NCBI RefSeq assembly: GCF_002498065.1 | Contig: NZ_DAFZ01000109.1 | Span: 2,542 to 66,541 of the forward strand | Source of the DNA: Methanoculleus sp. UBA208 | GTDB taxonomy: Archaea > Halobacteriota > Methanomicrobia > Methanomicrobiales > Methanoculleaceae | DNA length: 64,000 nucleotides | Reading direction: 5' to 3' | Shown: positions 7,650 to 16,013 of the stretch, in pieces | Layout of the letters: each line of letters begins with the position of its first letter | How positions within the stretch are numbered: the first letter of the stretch is position 1 | Notes under the pieces: model-generated | Told to the model about the DNA's origin: nothing | Database searches by the model: none | Seen by the model: the letters and a program-made list of their open reading frames with translations, nothing else | Made by a program: the position numbers and the translations under genes

Positions 7650-8933
7650 TTACTTCTCGACGTCGATTCCCGAGATGTACGCCACGCCCAGTTTCGCCCG
7701 CCTTATCCGGGTGCTTTCCTTGAGGTGCCGCATATCGACAAACTCGCCCTCGGTCACGATCTTTTCGATCTGCCGGGAGAGATCGAGCGTTGCATCCCAC
7801 GGCACCCCCCGGAAGACGACGCCGTGGTTGTGGAGCTGCACCCGCTCCCCTCCCGCATGGGCCGGGTCGATGAGGGCTGCGATCTGTTCGCCGCTGCACG
7901 CCGAGCAGTCGATCCCGAACCCGAAGCCGACCATCGTGTCGCCCTGGTACTTCGGCTCGTCGTCTACCGCGAACCACTCCGCCACGTTCTCTTCTGCGTT
8001 GATGGGAAGGCCGTTTTCAGGGGTGGATGCGGCGATGGGGGACTTTTTCACCCCGGAACTGCAGACCCCGTCGACGACGGCCCACATGGCAACGGCGGCG
8101 ATGCCGGAGAAGTCGCGCCTCTGCTCCCGGGCAACGTCGAAGATCGTGCGGTACAATTCGGAGAGCGTAATGCTGCCCCCATCCCCGGCGTCGACGGTGA
8201 CGATCTCATGAAACGGCCCGTCCAGCGCTACATTATACCCGGAGTAGACGTAGAGTTCCCCGGTATCCTTCACCGGCGTGAAGAAGTCCGGCGTCTCGTT
8301 CCCGTCCGTCGGCAGCCATACCACCGAGCCGTGCAGCGTGATCATCTCCCCGAGGAGCGGGAGCGTGTCCGCAACGCCTTCCCCGAGCGCCCCGAGCCCG
8401 AGCGAGTACCGGAGAGCCGAGAACGGTATTGCACGGATATCTTCCTCCGTCAGGCGGGCGTGCAGCACCCTATCCAGGCTGCCGGTGACGCGGAGCGACG
8501 ATCCCTTTGTGGAGACCTGTTCGACGGTGTAGGCAACGCCGTTCCTGACGACCGGAGTCCGGGCAAGTTCGCTGATGACCGAGAGGCTGTCCTGCGGCCT
8601 TCTGCAGGAGGCGACGGCCTCCTCGACCCCGGGATAGAGGGAGAATATCGGTGTCACCCCGGCCATATCGAGGACGCTCTTCGGGTACTCCTGCATTCCG
8701 GCAAGGGCCAGGATGCCGCTGCGTTCTTTTAACTGTTTCTTGACGGCGATGAGAACCCGGATGCCCGCGCTGCTCAGGTAGTTCAGCCCTGCGAGGTCGA
8801 AGACGACCGACCGGTCGTCGTCCTGCAGCGACGCCTGCACGGCATCGGAGAGCTGTCCTGCACCGTACCCGTCAAGCCTTCCGCGAATCACAATCGTCAG
8901 AATTCCGTCTCTTCTCTCGGTCTGCAGTTCCAT
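7650..8933 (-). CDS. STAS-domain protein fused to an unassigned C-terminal domain of about 300 aa
   Basis: Track ORF, 427 aa. The N-terminus LTIVIRGRLDGYGAGQLSDAVQASLQDDDRSVVFDLAGLNYLSSAGIRVLIAVKKQLKERSGILALAGM is a typical anti-sigma-antagonist/STAS fold. Confidence 0.75.
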   Translation of the reverse strand: MELQTERRDGILTIVIRGRLDGYGAGQLSDAVQASLQDDDRSVVFDLAGLNYLSSAGIRVLIAVKKQLKERSGILALAGMQEYPKSVLDMAGVTPIFSLYPGVEEAVASCRRPQDSLSVISELARTPVVRNGVAYTVEQVSTKGSSLRVTGSLDRVLHARLTEEDIRAIPFSALRYSLGLGALGEGVADTLPLLGEMITLHGSVVWLPTDGNETPDFFTPVKDTGELYVYSGYNVALDGPFHEIVTVDAGDGGSITLSELYRTIFDVAREQRRDFSGIAAVAMWAVVDGVCSSGVKKSPIAASTPENGLPINAEENVAEWFAVDDEPKYQGDTMVGFGFGIDCSACSGEQIAALIDPAHAGGERVQLHNHGVVFRGVPWDATLDLSRQIEKIVTEGEFVDMRHLKESTRIRRAKLGVAYISGIDVEK

Positions 8934-9072
8934 GTATATCCCGTACAGGTATCGGGCTGTTGACGGTTAATTTTTCTCAAAACTGCTTTGCCGTCGGCGT
9001 GCCGTGCCGTGGCGGACTCCATTGGGCGCACAAACTTCGTAACCATTATCTCTCCGGTTATGTGATCCTCCT

Positions 9073-10455
9073 ATGATCCACCGTGAAACCCAACAGAGCC
9101 TTAATAATCATGATCACTCTTTCCATCACAGTTTTTTTGTCGTTTCTGCAGGCTGTACCTCGACCGGTCAGCAATCGCCGGCATCACCTCCCGCCACTGC
9201 GGTTGCCGCACCTGCCGCCGAATGCCCGGCGCTCGTGTTTGCGGATCGGGAATTTGCTTTCGAGCTTCAGCGGACACTTGGCGCCTCGTATTCGGGAGAG
9301 GCCGATATCGGCGAGTGCCTTGCCACTGCGTCCAGGATCAAAGAAGGAGACTTTGAAAGCTGGTACAGCGAATGGAACAGGACCGCGGACAACTTCAGGA
9401 CAGCGGGTGACGAGAGTCTCGCAGCCGGACACAGGGTTACCGCAATGGAAGCATACTGCCGGGCCGCAACGTATTACCGCACGGCCGAGTTCTTCCTGCA
9501 CGGCAACCCCGCCGATCCCCGCATCGTGGAGACATGGGAAAAGAGCCGGGATGCATTCCGCGATGCGCTCTCACTCGACGTCGTCCCGTACGAGATTGTC
9601 GCCATCCCGTACGAGAATACCACGCTGCCGGGTTACTTCTATATGGTCGACGACTCCGGCAAACCCCGGCCGCTGGTCATCGTCCAGACCGGCTTTGACG
9701 GGTGCCAGGAAGAACTCCATCCGTATGCAATGGAGGGGATCAAACGCGGATACAACGTCCTGACGTTCGAAGGGCCGGGCCAGGGCGAAGTGATACGGGT
9801 CCGGCATATCCCGTTCCGCCACGACTGGGAGAACGTGATCGGACCGGTCGTGGACTATGCGGTGAGCCGGCCCGACGTCGACGAAGACCGGGTTGCACTC
9901 CGGGGGATCTCGCTCGGGGGCTACCTCGCCCCCCGCGGTGCCGCATACGAGCCCCGGATCACGGCGCTAATCGCGGATGGAGGCACTTACGATGTCGGAC
10001 TAACTCTCCTCGCGAACCTGCAGGAAGGCGGGGGAGCGAACCTGACGGAAGTTGAGCTGCAGGAGTGGCTGCAGACGGATCCGGTTGAGTTCAACGACGC
10101 CATCCGCGACGCCATGGCACACGATACCGGTATGCGCTGGCTGAACGAGAACGGGATGTACGTCTTTAATGCCGGTTCGCCGGCCCAGTTCTGGGCGAAA
10201 TGGATGGATTTTTCACTTGTCGGAATTGCCGAAGAGATACGGTGCCCCACGCTGGTCTGTGCCGGTGCGGCCGACCACTTCGACCCGGACGGGACCCAGG
10301 CACAGGCACTCTACGACCACCTCACCTGCGAGCGGGAACTTATGGTGTTCTCCGACGACTACGGTGCCGGGTCGCACTGCCAGCTCGGGGCGTTCGCGCA
10401 ATCGTTTGCCGCCAAGTTCGACTGGCTCGACGATAAGATGGGAATGAGCAAATAA
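9073..10455 (+). CDS. Alpha/beta-hydrolase (FrsA/DUF1100-like), probable lipoprotein; 5' end probably frameshifted
   Basis: Track ORF, 460 aa. Nucleophile elbow GISLGGY (GxSxG). Lipobox-like VVSAGC near the N-terminus. The matching signal-peptide h-region (MKPNRALIIMITLSITVF) is encoded from GTG 9083 in another frame, upstream of a T7 run at 9132-9138. Confidence 0.8.
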   Translation: MIHRETQQSLNNHDHSFHHSFFVVSAGCTSTGQQSPASPPATAVAAPAAECPALVFADREFAFELQRTLGASYSGEADIGECLATASRIKEGDFESWYSEWNRTADNFRTAGDESLAAGHRVTAMEAYCRAATYYRTAEFFLHGNPADPRIVETWEKSRDAFRDALSLDVVPYEIVAIPYENTTLPGYFYMVDDSGKPRPLVIVQTGFDGCQEELHPYAMEGIKRGYNVLTFEGPGQGEVIRVRHIPFRHDWENVIGPVVDYAVSRPDVDEDRVALRGISLGGYLAPRGAAYEPRITALIADGGTYDVGLTLLANLQEGGGANLTEVELQEWLQTDPVEFNDAIRDAMAHDTGMRWLNENGMYVFNAGSPAQFWAKWMDFSLVGIAEEIRCPTLVCAGAADHFDPDGTQAQALYDHLTCERELMVFSDDYGAGSHCQLGAFAQSFAAKFDWLDDKMGMSK

Positions 10456-10484
10456 TGGGGTCGGTTTTCGGAGTCTCCCGGCAT

Positions 10485-11172
10485 CTACCAGCGAACACGG
10501 TATCCGGCTTTTTTGAGAATATCGATGAGGGCGTCATCCCATTCGGTGCCGGAGAGCCCGCTCAACGTCGGTTGCACCTGTTCCCAGAGCCGGCTGAGTT
10601 CGTCATTGTCCGGGAGGAACGTTGTCTGGTACATCACGCGTCCGGCCCGCTTCCCCTGTGAATCGAGGATGAGAAGACGCCAGCAGCAGTAATCGCGGCA
10701 GATGTCGGGGCGTGTCAGGTGAACCGTACACCACGCCTTTCCCGTCTTCCCGTCGAATCTCAGAAAGGGGCATGCGTCCGGCAGTTCCGCGATGCTGCTC
10801 TCATCCTCGAAGAGGGCGATCTTGTCCGGGTCGACCCGCACCTCCTTCACGTCCCCACTATAGGCATTGTGCACGACAAAGGTGTAGTTGCCGCGCTCTT
10901 CGACTACTGTGTGGACGTTTCGCATGTTGCTGCAGCAGCTGCCGCACTGGCAGCACTTACAGGCGATCGTGACCCCCTCCCCAAACTCCGGGCGATTGGT
11001 GTATCGGCATGCTCATTATCCGGTATTTCTCATCGGGGTCATGAAATACCTGCCGAAGAACGTCCTGGATCGCATCTGCAGCCGGGCAGTTCCGGAGCCG
11101 TCGGAGCAACCCGGGCTTTGGCAGGTTGCCTGGTTCTCGGAAAGAAGAAAAATTCTTTTCGGAAGGATCCAT
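10485..11172 (-). pseudogene. YkgJ/UPF0153-like Fe-S/zinc cluster protein, apparently frameshifted
   Basis: Track ORF 10485..10925 starts at an ATG. The same frame stays open upstream to 11012 and encodes ACRYTNRPEFGEGVTIACKCCQCGSCCSN, which is the family Cys cluster, with no ATG/GTG/TTG. The only upstream starts (11172, 11016, 11010) are in another frame (track ORF 10957..11172). Confidence 0.45.
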
Positions 11173-11479
11173 AGCCTGGCGCCTTTGGCTATCCTGACCG
11201 TCCTGGCACTGAACCCCCCTCGATCCGGTTCGGAAGAGTCGAAACTGACCTCTGGCTCACGGTTTGTGTGTATTGAGTAATACACGATCGGATTCTCGAA
11301 CCGAAGACTGCGCTGCATCAAGAAAGATGCAGCAAACGGGAGCCGTTCCTGCGAAATAGAGATTGGGTCTTGTTATTTCGTGAAAATCGAACCCTGCGTG
11401 ATTGGCAGGTCTTTCCGTTACAGTTATTATAGCCTGAGTAAATTCACTTGCATACTTTAAACCGGAGTTTCTTTTTCCG

Positions 11480-12709
11480 ATGTCCACATCCCCAGGTACC
11501 ACGGAGAAGCGAACCAGTCTCACCGGCCGCGACGAGAAGCAGGACAACGCCGCCGAAGTTGAACGACTCATCCGCGAACGGACTGCAGAGATCCGGGAAG
11601 AGAATGACGTGCTTCGGCGGGAGAACGCAGAACTCCGCCAGATCGAGATGATCTACGCCTCGGCGCCGGTCGGTCTGTGTCTGCTCGGCACGGATACCCG
11701 GTACCTGCATGTCAATCAACGGTTCGCAGAGATGGACGGGTTTTCCGTCGAGGAGCACATCGGCAAGAGAGTCCGCGAGCTGGTGCCGGACCTTGCGGAT
11801 GCGGCTGAAGAGCTCGCCCGGGCGGTTGTTGCGACGGGGAAACCCGCGCTTGATATTGAGGTACAGGGGGAAACACCGGCACAACCCGGGGAGCAGAGGT
11901 ACTGGAACGAGTCCTGGCGGCCGGTAACCGATAGTCAGGGGCGCGTCCTCGCGATCAGCATCGTCGCCGAGGACATCACCGAGCGGAAGCGGGCCGAGGA
12001 AGCGTTTCAGCGATATGCCAAGAATCTGGGCCTGCTCCACCACGATCTGGAGATATCGAACCGGGAGGCGAACCTCTACCTGGACATCCTTACCCACGAT
12101 ATCGGCAATACCGAGAACGTCTCGAACCTCTACGCCGACCTGCTCATCGAGTCCCTTGACGGAGAGGCAGCCGGATACGCGAAAAAACTGCAGCGCAGCA
12201 TCCGGAAGAGCATAGAGATCCTGGGCACCGTCTCTACCATCCGCCGGATCCATCGGACAAAAACCGAGCTCAAACCAACCGACCTTGATGCAGCAGTCCG
12301 GGGAGTGATGGAAGACTATCGCACGAGTATCTTCCTCTATAACGGGGCAAATTACCAGGTCCAGGCGGACGATCTTCTCCCTGTGGTCTTTGACAACCTT
12401 ATCGGCAACGCAGTCAAGTTCGGCGGTCCTGACGTCGAGATCGCCATCCGGATTGAAGAGGATGATGGGTTCGTCCAGGTATCTATCGAGGATACCGGTC
12501 CCGGTGTCCCGGATGATGATAAAAATGAGATCTTCCACTGTTATGAAATGAAGAAACGGGGCGTCGGCAAGGGACTTGGACTCTATTTGGTGAAGATCCT
12601 GGTCGAGCGATACGGCGGGACGATCTGGGCCGAGGACCGGGTGCCGGGCCGCCCGGATGAAGGCGCGGCGTTCAAGTTCACACTGAAACCTGCCTCGCAA
12701 ACCCGTTGA
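11480..12709 (+). CDS. PAS-domain sensor histidine kinase
   Basis: Track ORF, 409 aa. A coiled-coil is followed by a PAS domain (VGLCLLGTDTRYLHVNQRFAEMDGF), then an H-box-like LDILTHDIGN. HATPase motifs are present: NLIGNAVKFG, DTGPGVP, GLGLYLVK. Confidence 0.85.
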   Translation: MSTSPGTTEKRTSLTGRDEKQDNAAEVERLIRERTAEIREENDVLRRENAELRQIEMIYASAPVGLCLLGTDTRYLHVNQRFAEMDGFSVEEHIGKRVRELVPDLADAAEELARAVVATGKPALDIEVQGETPAQPGEQRYWNESWRPVTDSQGRVLAISIVAEDITERKRAEEAFQRYAKNLGLLHHDLEISNREANLYLDILTHDIGNTENVSNLYADLLIESLDGEAAGYAKKLQRSIRKSIEILGTVSTIRRIHRTKTELKPTDLDAAVRGVMEDYRTSIFLYNGANYQVQADDLLPVVFDNLIGNAVKFGGPDVEIAIRIEEDDGFVQVSIEDTGPGVPDDDKNEIFHCYEMKKRGVGKGLGLYLVKILVERYGGTIWAEDRVPGRPDEGAAFKFTLKPASQTR

Positions 12710-13022
12710 GCAGGCTAGGCAAACGGTTGATGCCGGCATGATATCCACACCCCAACACCAGAGGGATTCTAACTTGACCTTCGGCTCCCACATTTCTGTC
12801 TGTTATCTATAACCCAAAACCCGCATGCGGGATTATAGGTATCTCGAAAAAATGCAACCGATGATCTACGATTGACAGATCAATTGAACGATTTCAGATG
12901 GTCCCGAGCCACCGTCTCCGCACCAGCAGAAGGAGAGCCAGATCGGGATCGGTGCCGGCTTTGCGGGACGTCCGCCTCGAGCGTGGTCTCGGGCACGGCC
13001 GCCGTCGCCGTGATCCCGGCGC

Positions 13023-15968
13023 TCACACCGGCTCGTGCCGCTGGAGGAAGTCGCGGATCTTTCTCGATTCCATCCACCCGATGTCCAGCTGCCGTATGAT
13101 GTCGTTGATCCGGTCGACCTGGTCGCGAATGATATCCATCTCCTTCCCGCCCCCGGAGAGTTCCACCATGCCGAGGATCACCTGCAGGGGCTGGCGGACA
13201 TGATCCCCGAGGATCGCGAACTGCTCGATGTTCTGCTGGATCTGCTCGTAGGCCTGTCGCCGCATGATGTCCTCCTTCACCTGGGCGGTGATATCCTGGA
13301 TGAGCACGACGTAGCCGCCCGGGGGCGCCCTCTCCTTCTGCCGTATCCTCGTGATGAGCACCTCCAGGTACCGGGTCCCGGAACGCGACGTGGCGTAGAG
13401 GTTCTGCCGTTTCACCAGTTCGAAATCGAACTCCGACGTGTAGTGGACGGTTTCGCCGCTCTTGAGCCGGGCCAGCTCCTGTTTGGGGATGTTGGGGTCT
13501 GAAAACAGATTGAAGCCCGCGAGTTCGTCCCGGTCGAGGACGCCGAATATCCTGAGGGCGGCGGGGTTGATGTCGATGAGGTCTCCTGCCGCGTCGTAGT
13601 ACTCGATTCCGATGGGAGACTCATTAAAAATGCTTCTGAACCGCTCTTCGCTCTCCCGCAGGGCCTCTTCGATCTGTTTACGCTCGGAGATATCCTCCAC
13701 CATGCTGATGGCACGCAACGGTTTCCCGACGGGATCGCGGATGAACGTGATGGTTAAACGCCCCCAGACGACCCGGCCGTCCTTCCTGATATACCGCTTC
13801 TCGAGCTGGACGCCGCGTTCTCTCCCTTCAGCCATCAATTCGTAGAGTGCCAGGGTCGGGGGGAGATCCTCCGGATGCGTGATATCGGTGATGCTCCGGC
13901 CGGCAAGCTCCTCCGCGCTGTAGCCCAGCATCCGGTTGAGGGTTGCGTTGCTCCTGACGATAACGCCGTTTTGGTCGGCGATCAGGATCCCGATTCCTGC
14001 CTCCTCGAATATCCGCCGGAACCGCTCTTCGCTCTCGCGGAGCTCCTGCTCTACCCGCTTCTGTCCGGATAGGTCCGCCATGTTGAAGACGCGCAGGATG
14101 ACCCGGCCACGGCTGTCATAGATCGGGACGGCGCTGTAACGGATGTATTTCTGTTCCCGGTTCTCGCGCTTGATGAGGATTGCGTCGTATTCGCGGACGT
14201 CTTCGCCACGCATTGCCCTGGACGTCGGCCAGTCCTCCAGCGGCATCGGCCGCCCGTCGGGATAGCGCAGCTCGAACTCCTCCACGTACCTGTCGAGCTC
14301 CGCAAACATCCCGGCTTCCGACGAAAAGCCGTGAATCCGCAGTCCTTCCGCGTTCATCGACAGCGTGGTTCCTTCCGGATCGGTGATGCCGATGCCGACG
14401 TTGACGTTGTCGATCACGGCTCGCAGCTTGTCACGCTCCAGGAGCAGGGCCTCTTCCACCTTCTTCTGAGCGGTGATATCGTAGACCGTTCCCTGCAGGT
14501 GAGCCGGGACTTCCTCAGTGCCGGGGACGTTCTGGATCATCTCGCGGAGCCAGCGGACCTCCCCGTCCTTTCTAATGATCCGGTACTCTCGTTCGGTCGC
14601 ATAACCGGGGACGGTCCGCACACTCTGTGAGGTCCCGGCGAGGCGCGGGCGATCGTCGGGATGGATTATCCGATACCAGTGCCGTCGATCCCGGAGGAAA
14701 TCCTCACTTGAATAGCCGGTGATCTCCTCGACCGAGCCATAGATGAAGGTGGGGCCGAATTCGAGGTCGGTCCGGAACGCAATCCCCTGGAAGTTCTGAA
14801 GGAAGAGGCGATACCGCTCCTCGCTCTCCCGCAACGCCTCTTCCATCTGTTTTCGCTCCGTGACGTCCCGTGCGATGCCTTCGATGGCGATGAGCAGCCC
14901 CTTCTCATCGCGGATGGGGACGTTCTGCGATTCAACCCAGATTACTGTCCCGTCTTTTCGGAGCCATCTGAGCATGAGCGGCCTGTCCGGAGCGAACTCT
15001 CCTCGAAAAACCGCTTCCAGGAGCGGCAGATCGTCGGGATGGATAAAACGCAACGCGATCTCCGGATCCGCATAGACCTCTTCGGGGGTATAGCTGGCGA
15101 TCCGCGTAACGGCCGGGCTGATGTAGGAGAAACGGCGAACGGGCGCAAGCTCGATCCGATAGACGATGTCGCGGGCGTTGCGCAGCATGAGGTTCAGCGT
15201 ATCCGTGCCCGGCCGGCATTCCTCTTCTGCCCGCTCGACCGCCGTGCCTGAGATGCCGACGATCCTTCCGTCGGCATCCCGGAGCGGCTCCAGCGTCATA
15301 TCCAGGACGTGCCGCGTGCCGCCGGAGGTGACCGTCACCTCCTGGCGCAGCACCTCCCCGGTCTCCAGCACCCGGCGCTTGAGCGAGGCCAGCCTGCCGG
15401 CGTCCTCGGGCCCGAAGAGATCGGCGTCGGTCCGGCCGACCACTTCCGTATCGGAGAGTCCGGACTTCCGGTTGTGCGACCAGATGTAGCGCAGGTCCCT
15501 GTCCTGGACAAAGACGACGACCGGGGAGTGGTCGAGGCAGGCCCGGAAGAACCGGGCGGCCGTATCACCGGCGCTGTCGTGGAAACGGAGGATCCTGTAC
15601 CCGGTCCCTGCATACGTCGCATTCGGGTCATAGACAAGGGAGAACCAGCGAAGGTCCCCGGAGCGCTCCCTGACCCGTATCGGCGACCGCTGGATGCTCC
15701 TGTCGTTCTGCAGGTCCCCGGCGACCTCCTGCAGGGATGCCGTATCCGGCGACAGCGGCGTCACGTGCCTGCGTATGAAGTCTGAAGCACTCGCCCCTCT
15801 TCCCTCCTCCGGGGTCACGCCCAGGAGAACGGAGAGTGCCCTGTTGAGCCGGACCACCGTCCGGTCCTCATCGAACACAAGGACCCCGTCGGCTTCTCCG
15901 TCGAGAGCGGTGAGAAGACGCTGTTCTTCGGTCTGCTGCCTGGAAGTCATTGTTCCCCTATCACGCAA
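13023..15968 (-). CDS. Multi-PAS sensor protein ending in a DHp-like helix, with no ATPase domain
   Basis: Track ORF, 981 aa. PAS/PAC modules repeat, separated by the linker ITERKQxEEALRESEERxR. The C-terminus FAILGDHVRQPLQVILGMVEL resembles a phosphoacceptor helix, but no N/G1/G2 boxes follow. Confidence 0.85.
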   Translation of the reverse strand: MRDRGTMTSRQQTEEQRLLTALDGEADGVLVFDEDRTVVRLNRALSVLLGVTPEEGRGASASDFIRRHVTPLSPDTASLQEVAGDLQNDRSIQRSPIRVRERSGDLRWFSLVYDPNATYAGTGYRILRFHDSAGDTAARFFRACLDHSPVVVFVQDRDLRYIWSHNRKSGLSDTEVVGRTDADLFGPEDAGRLASLKRRVLETGEVLRQEVTVTSGGTRHVLDMTLEPLRDADGRIVGISGTAVERAEEECRPGTDTLNLMLRNARDIVYRIELAPVRRFSYISPAVTRIASYTPEEVYADPEIALRFIHPDDLPLLEAVFRGEFAPDRPLMLRWLRKDGTVIWVESQNVPIRDEKGLLIAIEGIARDVTERKQMEEALRESEERYRLFLQNFQGIAFRTDLEFGPTFIYGSVEEITGYSSEDFLRDRRHWYRIIHPDDRPRLAGTSQSVRTVPGYATEREYRIIRKDGEVRWLREMIQNVPGTEEVPAHLQGTVYDITAQKKVEEALLLERDKLRAVIDNVNVGIGITDPEGTTLSMNAEGLRIHGFSSEAGMFAELDRYVEEFELRYPDGRPMPLEDWPTSRAMRGEDVREYDAILIKRENREQKYIRYSAVPIYDSRGRVILRVFNMADLSGQKRVEQELRESEERFRRIFEEAGIGILIADQNGVIVRSNATLNRMLGYSAEELAGRSITDITHPEDLPPTLALYELMAEGRERGVQLEKRYIRKDGRVVWGRLTITFIRDPVGKPLRAISMVEDISERKQIEEALRESEERFRSIFNESPIGIEYYDAAGDLIDINPAALRIFGVLDRDELAGFNLFSDPNIPKQELARLKSGETVHYTSEFDFELVKRQNLYATSRSGTRYLEVLITRIRQKERAPPGGYVVLIQDITAQVKEDIMRRQAYEQIQQNIEQFAILGDHVRQPLQVILGMVELSGGGKEMDIIRDQVDRINDIIRQLDIGWMESRKIRDFLQRHEPV

Positions 15969-16013
15969 GTTGCATTGCTCTCCGATCGACTGCTTCCGGC
16001 GGGGACTCCCTGA

